Source of the DNA: the human T2T-CHM13v2.0 reference genome, Homo sapiens | NCBI RefSeq assembly: GCF_009914755.1 | Contig: NC_060943.1 | DNA: 64,000 nucleotides | Strand: one strand, 5' to 3' | In this document: in pieces, positions 1 to 14,013 of the stretch | Layout: every line of letters begins with the position of its first letter | Numbering within the stretch: the first letter of the stretch is position 1 | The notes under the pieces: model-generated | Seen by the model: only the letters and a program-made list of their open reading frames with translations | Database searches by the model: none | What the model was told of the DNA's origin: nothing | Program-made: the position numbers and the translations under genes

Positions 1-2445
1 TTGGAGCCTTGTGGTTAAAATCTGTTTTTGAGTGAGTGGTGCGTACGTAAGATTCATGTGCTGAGGAGGCCTGAGAGGGCCCACGGTGCCCATCTCTTCT
101 GTGTGCCCAGACACCCAGTTCCTTTCCTCACAGCAGCCAAGTTTCCGCTCTGGGCCCCATCTATGAATGCCTCTCAGGCAGGTGTGTGCTCCCCGTGGCA
201 CAGGCGATGCCACGCTGGGGATGAACGCTGTCGTGCCTGTGAGCAGGACTCAGCAACTGGGTTTTCAGTTTGCTGCTCTTGGGGTCCAGGGGCCTTGGCA
301 TCCCCACCTTTGGTCTTTGGTTACTGTGTTCCTCGTGTTACGGCAAAGTGGCCAAGGACATGGGCTGGGGCCGGGTTATACTCCCAGTGGCGGGATCTCA
401 GGCTCGTCCCTGAATCTCCCTCTGTGAGGGCCCATGGAGCCGATTCACGTCTGACTTGGGGCAGGGGCTGGTGAGTGTTAGACTCCTGCTGTTGCGGTCC
501 CGTCGGCAAGCATCTGCAGAAGGCCCGCTCTGGGTGTCTTGGTGCACCAGACCAACAAGGCCCCACCCTCATGCGCTTAGACCTGGGCCTGCTCTGGCGG
601 AGGTCCCTGTCCTTGCTGATCTTTGAGACTTCTGCCTAGGTGAGGGTGGTTCCCTCCACTCACAGATGAGGAGGCTGAGGCCTGGAGCGTTGCAGCACTT
701 ACACATGGGAGCAGGGGTTGAGGCTCGTTTCCTGTGACTCGTTTTCATACCCATCCCGACACACCAGGATTGGGTTGAGTCATAGATTGAATCAGTTATT
801 GGTCATTTATTGTGAAGGGCTGGGTGGCGTTTGTTTAGTTGAGAATCTTGGAAAACCCTGGAGGTGCAGGTGAGCCTCTCTGGAGGCAACGAGGAGGGAT
901 GGGGCTGGAGGGGTGGGTGTGCAGAGGGGATGAATCCAGAGGGGCCCCAGACGCACATCCTTCCTGGTCAGTGGCTGGGGTGATGCTGCTGGGGGCAGAC
1001 ACAGAGTGGCCTGTGGGCAGGGCTGGCAGGTGCCAAGGCCTGAGAGTCTGCTGGGGAGCATGTGGTGCTGGCAGCCAGGGTGGACGGCAGGACAGGGCAG
1101 TGCAGGAGAGGGGACGAGGCCTCCAGTGCCAGGCGGGGCTTGGGCTGCTTTACTGAGGTGTAATTTGCACACAGTGAAACCCAGCCTTTCGAGATAGAGT
1201 TCTCTGGATTCTGACAGATGCACATATTTCATAACTGTCATCACAGTCAAGGCATAGAAGGTTTTTGTCACCCCCAAGACCTCCCCTATGGTTTTTGCAG
1301 CCCCTCTGGGACTCTCCCCAGGCCTGGCTGTTCCTGCTGTATCCGCCATCCCTGCAGCATCTCTTGATTCTTGGGACTCTCCTTTCTATGATCCCCACAG
1401 CAGAGCCTGTAGGATCCCCAGCCCATGTGGCTGAGGACACGGGGTTCCCGCTCCACCCTGAACCACTGGTTCCTCATGCTGGGGTGGGGTTCAGCCTCAG
1501 TTCCCCGGGGGAGGGTTGATGGCGTCTGGAAACCTGCTTTGGTTGCTGCTTGTGCTGCCTGCTGGACACTGTCCTGAGAGCAGCTTTGTGAGGTCAGCAC
1601 GTGTCACTGTTGTCCCTGCTGCGGCATGCGCCGATAGCTGAGCATAGGCACAGGGCAGGGGTCCAGGAGGGGGTCCCTGGGTCCACGTCTAGCCAGCGCC
1701 TCCCTTCCTGGCTGACCACTTCTATCCCGCAGTCCCCTTCTGGAAGTACGGGTGATGAGGACAACCCCACAGGCCCAGAGGCCCTGAGCCACTGTGAAGC
1801 TGCTACACCCCCTTTGGCCCTCTCCGGAGCCCTCTGTGCTGACCTGTTCTGGCATGAGGGCGAGTCCTCTTGCTTCTCACCATCCCTTCGCCACATGGTC
1901 TCATCTTGTCACTTCAGCCCCAGGTGGTGGGTTGTGCAGGAGCAGTCTTTCCACTTTGATGGATGGGGAAACTGAGGCCCAGAGACGGGGGAGGTGGCCT
2001 GCCGAGGCTCGTGGGGGAGCTGGGGCTTGGGCCCATCTGTTCAGAGCCCAGGCTGTCCCACCCTGTGGCCCTGCTGGCTGGCACTTTGTGGGCCTTATTG
2101 TCCCCGTGGAGAAGGAGGGTGAGCTGTGGGGGCCTTGCAGGCCTGGCTCTGCACGGCCTCCCTGCATGGCCTTGGGGGTGAGTATTGGTGAGTAAGGGCC
2201 GGCGTTTATTTGGTACCTTGTACGTGTAGCACACACAGGTTCTCATGAAATCCACGGTTACCCTGTAAAGGAAGTTCTTTTTCTCCTTTTCCTCTGTTTT
2301 CCAGATGAGGGAACTGAGACATAAAGGAGCTCAGCTCTACCTCGCAGGAGGTGGTAGAGCCAAGAGGAGCCCCGAGCCCACCCTCTGGGCCCTGCACTGC
2401 CACCTCACTTCTGAGGAATGCAGGGTCTCAGTCTTGGCTTTAAAC

Positions 2446-2634
2446 CAGGGGTCAGCAAAGTACAGCCCACTGGTGAAATCCCACTCACAGCCTGTGTTTG
2501 TAAATAAAGTTTTATTGGAACACAGCCAGGCCCATTCATCTGTGGCTGTGAAGTAGTTGAGACAGAGAGTATATGGCCTGAAAAACTGAAATGTTTTTCA
2601 TCTGGCTCCTTACAGAAATGTTTGCTGATCCCTG
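2446..2634. mobile_element. MER58A hAT-Charlie MITE (second copy at ~20485-20675)
   Basis: terminal inverted repeats CAGGGGTCAGCAAA / TTTGCTGATCCCTG; core GTAAATAAAGTTTTATTGGAACACAGCC. Confidence 0.85.
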
Positions 2635-2777
2635 TTTTAAACTTTATTTCTGCATTGCAGGATGTCCTTGATAAAGCTGTCTTTAACATTAAGAAGGACT
2701 ATCATTTTATGCAGTTGCCCACTGCTTTTTGGTTGTTTTCAGAAAAGCAAAGGAGAAATAATGACTTATTTTGCAAA

Positions 2778-4628
<1,851 letters not shown>

Positions 4629-5859
4629 TCATTTCTCTTTTATTTCAGTGTATGTGGTAGTCCCGCTGTGTGAGCGTGCCATAGTTGATGTATGCATTTC
4701 ACTGTGCGTGGGTATTCGCACTATTTCCTGCTTCACAATCTTTTTAGCTGCGATACCAAAGTCCAGAGAGCTCTGGAAACGAAAGTGTTTCATGATCCGT
4801 TCGGCACAAAGTCTGACCCAGACTGAAGTGAGGTCGTTCACATGGTGTCTGTTGGTCCCACAGTAGTGTGGCTGTTGGCACGACTCTGCCCAGCGCGTTC
4901 TCTTATGTGTTGTATGTGCGTTATTTTCCTGGTCTGAACTCAGGAAAATTCTGAATTCCAAAACACAAGGGCCCCAGGAGTTGTGGACCTGGGACTGCCT
5001 CTTGGCTTGGGGTGTGATCAGGCATAGCAATGGCTTACCTGCTTTCCTTTCTTTCGTGTAAATACCTTGAGGGCCGGTTAAAGACTAATCTCTGATTACA
5101 CTGTAAATACTGTTAACACACCTTTGAAAGGCCTTGCCAGAGCTAGGTCCAGCTGCCTCAGAGGGTGAGGAGATATGAATGGCCCTGGCATCTTTCCTGG
5201 CAGATTTCTCCTTGGTTCAGACGGAGCTTAGCTGTGATAGCTGACTCTTCCCCTAGGAGCCCTGGGTGGGTTTCTGTGGCTCTGTGAAGGCCCTGGAATC
5301 CCCTGCAGAATCAAAGTTGTGCCTTTTTTTGAGGTCAGTGACCAAGACACCCCCTGCAGAGCCTTAAGGGGGCCATGACTCCTCAAGCCCAGGACTTGAG
5401 CCTGAGCTAGGGAGAGCCTCAGAGACCTTGGTCCCCCCGCCCCCACTATTAATTTCAACTTGTTGAAAGGGAGTTTGTTTTCGTATTATAAAATACAAAC
5501 ATACCAAAGGGTGCAGATTGAACGATAATGTTCCCTCCGCCCTGTCCTTTTGCTCCTGGTGGTGTGGAACCTGGGTGCCCCTCCCAAGAGAGCCCGGGCC
5601 TACACAGGCCCTTGCGTGGATCTCTTCCCTTCTTGCAGAGGTGATAAACTACTGCTCCAGGCTGTTAGTACCAGCGTGAGGTTTTACAGTCAGAAATACA
5701 CATTTCAAACTAGTACTAAGACCCCCTTCATTGTGATTTAACTAATGTGGTTTTCTTGGTCATGTTACTTTAGATTTTAGTTGTAAAGAAATAGACAGGG
5801 CTCCAGGATGCCAGGCGATGCCCATGGCGGCTGTGGTGCCTGTAGCTGCCATTTCCTCT

Positions 5860-6270
5860 TTTATTTGGATTGAGATGGAGCTCCTACACTGTGCAGCCCC
5901 CTTCATATCGCACAGTTCAGTGGCCTTCGGCCCATTCACAGTGCTGGGCGACCACCTCTGTCCAGCTCCAGAACGTCTTCATTGCCCCAGAAGGAAAACC
6001 CATAGCCTTCAGGTGGTCCCTCTCCATCCCTCCCTCCACCCCTGGCAACCCACAATCCACTCCGTCTCTCTGGATTTGCCCATTCTGGATGATTCACGTC
6101 GATGGAACCGTAGGCTGTGTGGCGTTCTGTGCTGGCGTCTGTCGCTGAGCGCAGTACCTCCGCGGCTGGTCCCCGTCACAGCGTGGGTCTGTGTTCATTC
6201 CTTTGCATGGCCGTGTCGTATTCTGTGGGGACAGATGTGTGTCCACCCACTGGCGACAGGTGGGTTGTGG
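5860..6270 (-). mobile_element. Old L1MB-type 3' end, strongly GC-shifted
   Basis: CCCCTGGCAACC..TCTCTGGATTTGCCCATTCTGGA..TGGAAcC..TTCATTCCTTT motifs. Confidence 0.65.
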
Positions 6271-6750
6271 GCCTTGCGCCCAGTCGGCCGCCCCAGAGCC
6301 CGCGTCGCAGGCAGTCTCTGGCCCGCCTTGTGCCCGGCGTGCTGACCGGGCATCCCCGTGCCCGCTCGCAGGCCATGACGCTGATGGAGTACCTCATCAA
6401 GACCGGCTCGGAGCGCGTGTCGCAGCAGTGCAAGGAGAACATGTACGCCGTGCAGACGCTGAAGGACTTCCAGTACGTGGACCGCGACGGCAAGGACCAG
6501 GGCGTGAACGTGCGTGAGAAAGCTAAGCAGCTGGTGGCCCTGCTGCGCGACGAGGACCGGCTGCGGGAAGAGCGGGCGCACGCGCTCAAGACCAAGGAAA
6601 AGCTGGCACAGACCGCCACGGGTGAGTCCCTCCCTGCGGCCCCTGACGGCCTAGAGTCTGTCCTCCGCCTACTGCGGCTCCCGGCACCCGGCCGCCCACT
6701 GCTTTCTCTCCCAGCCAGGAGGGACCGCGGCATCCCCCTTTGCTTCTCCT
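6100..6750. promoter_or_regulatory. Intragenic CpG island over the EPN1 ENTH exon
   Basis: high GC and CpG density across the exon and both flanks. Confidence 0.6.
6372..6621 (+). CDS. EPN1: Epsin-1 coding exon, C-terminal half of ENTH domain (AMTLMEYLIKTGSERV...KLAQTAT)
   Basis: cag|GCCATG acceptor, ACGG|gtgagt donor, 250 nt; translation matches the epsin ENTH domain. The first coding exon is upstream of the window. Confidence 0.98.
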
Positions 6751-9700
6751 CACCTGGGCCCCTTGCTCTGGTCTCACTTGGGCCCTTTTTTTCCCTTAGC
6801 ACCTCCCATGCAGCAGCTCTGGGACCCTTCCTGCCTCTTGCCTCGTGCCCCAGGGCAGGCCTAGAATTGGGAACTTTTATTCCGCTCCCCCATAGGCTCA
6901 GGGCCTGAGGGTGATCAGTGCTGGGGACAGGGCTCTGAGGGGACACGCACAGTGACCCCCGAGGGTGCTGTCCTTCTCTCTGCGCTGAGATGAGGGGAAC
7001 ATCGGAGAGGCAGAGGGGGGCCTGGAAGAGGCACAGAAGGAAGGCCAGAGCCAGGGCCTGCAGGTTGCACCAGGCATCTGGGCCTGTGTTAGGAGCCTTG
7101 ACAGTGCCTTCTGGAGGTGGAGGACTCAGTCTGGTGGGTGGTGACCAGCACCGAAAACAAAACTTGAAATAGTGCATCCCACATCGTCAAGCCAAGATCT
7201 GTCCCACGAAACATTTCCAGTTATGTGATGGGTGTGTGGGTCTCGGACTGTTCCAGGAAGTGTGGTCTGTGTTGGTCGGGGGCTCACAGCCGTGAAGAGG
7301 CTAGTCCGGCTGCTCAGGACTGGGAGGGAGGCTGGAGAATGTCTGCCAGGCTCTTCTGCTCTCCAGGAAGAGTGGAGGTGCCTCAGTTAGTGGGGATACG
7401 TGGGATGGGGAGGGGCTGCTAGAGCACTGCCCTGGAGGTGGAGGTGGGTCAGCCAGGCCGGTGCAGACAGGAGGAAGGGCCTGTGGCCCTCGTGGGGTCC
7501 GGCTCGAGGGACTGGACTTGTTTGGGGAAGTCTAGGCCTTCTGTTTGGACGGGTCTCATTTGGGATCACCTTTCAGCACCCACGGGGAGACATGGGTGTG
7601 ACGGGGTGTGTGCGACCCTGCCTGGGACTCCAGAGTAGGGACCCACGAGCCAGTAGATGGGCGTGAACGCAGAGAGAGAGTGAAGTGGAGGGAAGGAAGC
7701 CGGTGTGGCGTGGGAGTGCTCAGAGCCAGGGACAACAGGAGGGAGTGTAGGCGGCAGAGAGGGGCTGGTCAGCTCGAGGCAGGCAGGCAGGCAGGTGGGT
7801 GGCGGGGTTGGGGTGGACGGAGGAGGGACATTGGCAGTAGCTCGGAGGAGAGTGGGAGCCTCAGGTAAGAGGCCTGAGGGTGGGACATCCTGGCTCGGGG
7901 GTCGTCAGACTTTGTGCAAGGCCAGAGCTAATGTCCTCTGCGTTGCTGGCCACGCCTTCCCATCCTAGCTGCCTGGCCCCGTCCGCTGGCGGTTGCTGGG
8001 AAGCAGCTGCACCCCTCCGACACTCACCAAGGTCTCCGAAATTTGAATTTTATGTAGTTTTCACGTGTCTTTTTTAAGACTTTTAAGTTGTTATTTAATT
8101 TTTTAAGGGTACTCTGAATTTTCGCCCATCTTGGTGCATTCTTTTCATTTCTTCCAACCATTGAAAAATGTAAAGGCCTTTCTTAGACCTTCTCAGGCCA
8201 GCTGTGGCTGCCACTGTGGTGTGCTGGCCCCTGTCTTGGAGTGAGTTGTGTGGAGGGCTGTGGCTGGGGAGGAGGATGGGGGCAGCTAGGGAGTGAGCCC
8301 TGAGACCCTCAGTGGGCAGGGAAGGGCCTGTGGTCCCCGGGCAGCACCGAGGCTGGGTGCTCTGGTGATGGGAAGGCCCGGGTGTTGCTGGCTGGGTGCC
8401 AGTATTACCTGTGATGTGGGAGGTGGGGCCCTCAGGGCTGCTGGGCATTGGATTTAGCCACCACCAGGCTGGGGGGTTAGGGGCATGTGCAAGGTAGAGG
8501 TTGGGCAATGGGGTGTAGATTCCCAGCACTCACCTCTGAGAGTCCCTAGAGCTTAGGAGGAAGTCACAGGGGCAGGGAAGAGCAGGAGGGGCCACAGGGG
8601 TGTGGTCCTCCCTGTGCGCTGGCCTCACCTGTGCCCCACGCTGCCCTTCCATCTGCCCATCCCCTCAGAAGGCCGCTTACCCACCCAAGTCCGTCAATCC
8701 CTGCTGGTTCTCTCGTCCTTTCCTCACTCATAACCCCAGATGGTCACCCTTCGGCCCCGCTCTGCCACCCACATGCTCCCTGGAGCATCCCATGCACCCA
8801 GCCCTGCTGGGCACACCACACGGGGGCCAGCCTGGGGGCCCCTGGACCCGGTGCAGGTGGGGCCGCCAGACAGCTGCCTGCTGCGGCTCCGGGCAAGGGG
8901 AGCCAGGGCCTGCTCGTCAGGGAGAGGCCTGGGCCTGGGGAGTGGGTTGGGTGGGGACACAAGTACAGGACACAGGTGCAAGGCGGCGTCTTGGAGCTGG
9001 AGCAGACAGAACTTGCTGACCAGTGCACAGTGGTTGGGAGGGCGGGGCAGGAGAGGCAGGGTCCGCCCTGGGGCTTTGGAGGCTGGGGCAATGGCCCTGT
9101 GCTCGGCGGGCCTAGGGCCTGGTTGGAGCCTGTCCTCTGCACTGTGGAGGGGGGCAAGGGTCCACAGGCCTTGGGGGTGGAGAGAACAGTGTCAGGACAG
9201 AGTTTGAGGGTAGGCGGGGTTGCTGAGAGGATGCTGCAGTGGAGGCCGGGGATATCTCAGCAGCCTCCTGGAGGGTCCGGCCCTGCCTTCCTGTGTCCTC
9301 TCTCTCCCTTCCCCTCCTGCTCTTGGAACCAAGGGCTCCTCGCTAGCCCACTCCCTAACCCCGACTAGGCCTTGGATCCCGCTGTCTCAATGGATGCTGT
9401 TCTCCCCTCTGAATTCCAGTTGTTCCCTGCCAGAGCTACCATTCTCAACAAGCCCTGGAAACAGGCCTGGGAAACCTGGGAGGAAGGACCTCCCATCCCC
9501 CAGGGGCCCAGGGACAGACCCCAGGCACGCGGAGAGTCCTGGTGGTGGCAGGGCTCAGAGGTTGCTGGGGTTCCCCACCTGCTTATCAGACTGACTTTTG
9601 CTCTGGTCCTTCCCTGATGCCTGGCCCCTCCCGTGGGTGGGGCTGCCTGCATCCCCACCCTTCCTCCTCTGAGCACCTGGCGTCTGGTCTCCGCCTCTCA

Positions 9701-9845
9701 GTCCTAGTCTTGGCCTGCAGAGGTTGTAGGGTGGGGGACTTGGGGGGTGGGGTTGGACACAGAAGCCCCCGTCTGTCTAGGCTATGGGGTTTCCTGTCTC
9801 TCGTTCCCTGGTCTGGGTCTCACGCGTTTCTCACCCGCCCTCCAG

Positions 9846-9970
9846 CCTCATCAGCAGCTGTGGGCTCAGGCCCCCCTCCCGAGGCGGAGCAGGCGTGGCC
9901 GCAGAGCAGCGGGGAGGAGGAGCTGCAGCTCCAGCTGGCCCTGGCCATGAGCAAGGAGGAGGCCGACCAG
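9846..9970 (+). CDS. EPN1: Epsin-1 exon, UIM1 (EEELQLQLALAMSKEEADQ)
   Basis: tccag|CC acceptor, CAG|gtactg donor, 125 nt, phase continues the previous exon. Confidence 0.97.
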
Positions 9971-10272
9971 GTACTGGGCGTGCAGCTGGGGCTGTCTGTC
10001 CGCCACCCGCCTCCACGCCTCACTTCAGGCTCCCTCCCAGCCAGGCGTGGGCCTGGCCCTCACTGTCGCTGCTCCACATGCTGTCACTCGTCTCCTCCCC
10101 AGTCCTGCCTCATCCTCACCCCGCCGTCCCTCTGCGTGTCACTCTCTGCCTGTCCCTCACTGGTTCAGGGACCCCCAGCCCTCTCTTTCTTCGGCTCTAT
10201 CTGACCCTGGCTCTGCCTCTGACTCTGCCTCTGGCCCCTCCCGTCATGCCCCTCACACTCTCTCTCCCCCAG

Positions 10273-10347
10273 CCCCCGTCCTGCGGCCCCGAGGACGACG
10301 CCCAGCTCCAGCTGGCCCTTAGTTTGAGCCGAGAAGAGCATGATAAG
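10273..10347 (+). CDS. EPN1: Epsin-1 exon, UIM2 (EDDAQLQLALSLSREEHDK); symmetric 75-nt cassette
   Basis: ccccag|CCC acceptor, AAG|gtcaga donor, phase 0-0. Confidence 0.96.
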
Positions 10348-10842
10348 GTCAGAGCAGCCTCCCTGTCCCTGCCCCTGCCAGGGGCTCCCCTCAGACCAGC
10401 CCCGTCGCCCCTTCCTAAGTCACCCCCCACCATCCTGCTGGGCCCGAAGCCCACAGGCTCACGCGTGTTGAAACCTCAGTACCTTCAGCCGTAGGATGTA
10501 GGACCACAAGTCAGACAGAGCCTGGGTGGTGGCCAGCACAGCTGTGCCAAGGTTGCTCGGGTGACCAGGGTCCCTTCCTCCCCCCAACGCAGGAGATACC
10601 ACCGAGGCGGGTGCCCGTCCTCCCCGGGTGCGCCAGCACAGCACCCCACTCCCCTTATCCCCTGTCCCGCCTGACCTTTGACCCAGGTGCCCCATCCCCA
10701 TTTCATACATTGTCCGCATCCCATCGAATCCTTCAGCCGCTTTCGTTAGGGTGGGAGGGGTTGCTGGGGCTTCCAGGCTGAGGTGGCATCTGCCCGTGGC
10801 TCACGTTCTCATGTCTCCCTGGTCGTGCCCGTGCCCCAACAG

Positions 10843-10926
10843 GAGGAGCGGATCCGTCGCGGGGATGACCTGCGGCTGCAGATGGCAATCGAGGAGAGCA
10901 AGAGGGAGACTGGGGGCAAGGAGGAG
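10843..10926 (+). CDS. EPN1: Epsin-1 exon, UIM3 (GDDLRLQMAIEESKRE)
   Basis: caacag|GAG acceptor, GAG|gtgagc donor, 84 nt. Confidence 0.96.
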
Positions 10927-12126
10927 GTGAGCGGGGCTTGTTCTGCCCTCCCTGGCCCCTGCAGGTGTCCGTCCGTCCCATCGCTCATTCCTGCGTGGCC
11001 AGGTCCCTGGAGCAGAGACTGAAACACAAGGTCCTGGAGCTGGGCACCGGGTTTCCAGGCTTGGTCGGCCTCTCTGTGCCTCTCCCTCCCTGCTGGGCTG
11101 AGGCCGGTGACTGACCAGGCTGCCCTGCGGCCACCTCCTGTGGTCAGCGCTGGCCATCCCCCTTCGGGCTGAGCACCGTGAGGGCCACCACCGGCCGCCA
11201 CAGCTGAATGGGGAGGCCCAGAATAGGCCAACAGCCTGGCATGGCCACAGGGAGGAGGGTGCAGGGCTCGCCCCATCTGTCACACTTTGTCGGGCACCTC
11301 CTTGGTGCCAGGCCGTGTGCTGCACACCCAGGGCCTGTTGGTGAGCGAGGAGGCATGGTCCCGCCCTCGCGAACACTGTTTCTGTGGCGTCCCCATGCTC
11401 TGCAGCTGAGTAGCAAACCCTCCCACAACCTTGTGCTTCCAGGTCACGCTTCAGTACTTCCCTGTGACGGGCCCGCTGGCTGGTTGTTTCGTGTCATGGC
11501 TGAGGTCACTCATGCCTCTGGGCCCGGGGTGTCCGCACTGGCCTTGCCCTCCAGCCTCCTCCCCTGGCCTCTCCCTGGTTACTAGTCTGTCCTGAGTGTC
11601 CTCATAGCACAGTAGCTGCTGCTGCTGCCGCCCCCCAGGACAAGCTCGTCGGGCTGGGTTGGAGTTGCCTCGTCAGCCTGTGCACTGCTATTGGTCTCAG
11701 CAGGTCCTGAGGCCAGCCCAAGTTTGAGGGGTGGGGACAAGGCCTCCTCTCCATGGGAGGCGGCAGACAGCTTGTGGCCATAAGTGATCAGGCACAGTGG
11801 GACTTTCTTGGTAGACGGAAAGCCTCTTTAGGTTGGCCTCGGCCAGGGGGTCTCTATCAGTGTCCACCACAGCCCAGTGACCCGAGTAAGGGCTGCCCTG
11901 CTGGGGGAGCACCAGATCTCACCCATCTCTTCTCCTGCCCTGCCCTGGACTCAGCTCTTCTCCCCTTCCCATCCCCGCCGGGGCCTTTGCCTCACGGGTG
12001 CTGACTGGAGATGTGTGCATGAGTATGTTGGGGGCATCTGCACGTTCTGAGACGGGCTCTGGTTAGCTGGGCCCGTCGTGTGCCCACTTCCAGAACACAG
12101 GACCATGCATGCGTGTGCGTGCGGCA

Positions 12127-12222
12127 TGGGAAGACCTGCAGTGCGATGACTGCGGGGTGACAGTGGGGCAATGGGCGTGGGAAGGCCTGCAGCGCGATGA
12201 CTGCGGGGTGACGGCGGGGCAA
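12127..12222 (+). repeat. 51-bp diverged tandem duplication in EPN1 intron
   Basis: TGGGAAGrCCTGCAGyGCGATGACTGCGGGGTGAC..GGGGCAA x2. Confidence 0.85.
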
Positions 12223-12729
12223 CGTAGGGGGCATCGTGAGGGGTGCTCAGGTTGACCTGAGTGGGTTCATGGGGGGCTTCCCAGGGGAAGGCATGGAGCA
12301 GGGGCTGGCCAGTCTGGCTGGAGAAGGCACGGTGGGCAGAGGGAGGATCGAGCTGCTTCGGGTTGAGCGAGGGGAGGGCTTGGCCTCCATCCTCAGTCAG
12401 GGCCGGGCAAGGACCTGGGAGCAGGTGGAGTTAAGGGGCTGCCCTGCTGCAGTGTGGAGAATGGATGTGGGGCAGGAGTGGGGCTGTGTTGGGGCTCCCT
12501 GGTGGTACCCTCGGGTGGGGTAGGTGGGCAGGGGTGGGCCGACCCCATGACGGATGAGGAGGGAGGCCAGGTGGTGTGTTTGGGGCCTGCCTCCCTCTCA
12601 CCCCTTATGGATGGCTGCTGTCTGGACACCCAGGGCCTGGCCGCCTCCCCCGCCACGGGCCCCAGCTTGGTCCCTGTCCCAGGCTTCCCACCACTTCTTC
12701 ATGCTCCTTCTCTTCTCTCTCCCCCACAG

Positions 12730-13033
12730 TCGTCCCTCATGGACCTTGCTGACGTCTTCACGGCCCCAGCTCCTGCCCCGACCACAGACCCCTGGGGGGG
12801 CCCAGCACCCATGGCTGCTGCCGTCCCCACGGCTGCCCCCACCTCGGACCCCTGGGGCGGCCCCCCTGTCCCTCCAGCTGCTGATCCCTGGGGAGGTCCA
12901 GCCCCCACGCCGGCCTCTGGGGACCCCTGGAGGCCTGCTGCCCCTGCAGGACCCTCAGTTGACCCTTGGGGTGGGACCCCAGCCCCTGCAGCTGGGGAGG
13001 GGCCCACGCCTGATCCATGGGGAAGTTCCGATG
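12730..13033 (+). CDS. EPN1: Epsin-1 exon, clathrin-binding LMDLADV motif plus six DPW (AP-2 alpha-ear) motifs
   Basis: long pyrimidine tract then cag|TCG acceptor, GATG|gtgagt donor, 304 nt. Confidence 0.97.
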
Positions 13034-13661
13034 GTGAGTGCGTGGCCCACTTGCATGCAGCCCCTACGCCTGTGTGCACCTGTCTTTGGTTGACTGTGCC
13101 CTTGGACAGGGACAGATCGAGCCAGTGGCGCCGGGCAGTGGTGGGGCGTCCTGGGTGCAGGGGAGGGGGCAAGGGCGGGGGTCAGATGAGAGCCCAGCAC
13201 AGGGTGTGTGAGATTGTGCCTTGGAGGACATGGGGGGTGTGCTGTGGGGAGGGGATGGCAGCTCAGCCGAGGGGCAGAGAGGCTCTGGCCAAGGCAGAGC
13301 GTGTGTGACGTAGGCATCTGGGGAGGGCGGTGGGTGGAGCTGGGAGGTGCAGGTGGAGAAGGGGCCTGACACCCAGCTGGACAGGGGAGGGGTGGCCGAG
13401 CCGTGGGAGCTGAGGGAGGGCTGGGCAGGTCTGGCAGAGGCTGCGGGGAAGCCCCTCACCCCAGCTGGGGTCCCAGGGGCAGAGCCTGGCAGAGAAGCCC
13501 AGTTGGAATTTGAGTGTGTGTGCGGGAGGCCGGGTGGGGTGGGTTTCTGGGGGGCAGGGGGGCTTTTGTGTGAACAGCCACAGATTTGGAGGCAATGGTC
13601 CTCCCTAGCCATCTGGGCAGTCAAGGTTGCCAGCCCCTCATGCTCTTCTGTCCTCACCCAG

Positions 13662-13772
13662 GTGGGGTCCCGGTCAGTGGGCCCTCAGCCTCCGATCCCT
13701 GGACACCGGCCCCGGCCTTCTCAGATCCCTGGGGAGGGTCACCTGCCAAGCCCAGCACCAATGGCACAACAG
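13662..13772 (+). CDS. EPN1: Epsin-1 exon, two further DPW motifs
   Basis: cccag|GT acceptor, ACAG|gtactg donor, 111 nt. Confidence 0.96.
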
Positions 13773-13926
13773 GTACTGGAATGGGGGTGGGAATGGAGCC
13801 CCGGGTGGGAGTGAGTGGGAGAAGTTAGTGTTGAGTGTCCTAAGGGAGGGGTGGACGCCTGGACTGGAGGTGGGGGCTGAGGCGGGGCCCCAGGGAGGGG
13901 CTGAGCAGAACATCCTGACCCCACAG

Positions 13927-14013
13927 CAGCCGGGGGATTCGACACGGAGCCCGACGAGTTCTCTGACTTTGACCGACTCCGCACGGCACTGCCGACCTCC
14001 GGGAGCAGCGCAG
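13927..14013 (+). CDS. EPN1: Epsin-1 exon with AP-2 beta2-ear motif (DEFSDFDRLR); NAGNAG acceptor, alternative start 13930
   Basis: ccacag|cag|CC acceptor, GCAG|gtgagc donor, 87 or 84 nt. Confidence 0.94.

Noticed and set aside
6176-7177. 333-aa antisense ORF over the EPN1 ENTH exon
   Set aside because: Shadow ORF of GC3-rich coding sequence and GC-rich intron; no recognisable homology
12770-13030. Regularly spaced GACCCCTGG repeats resembling a repeat-spacer array
   Set aside because: These are the DPW codons of epsin-1; eukaryotic coding sequence, not CRISPR
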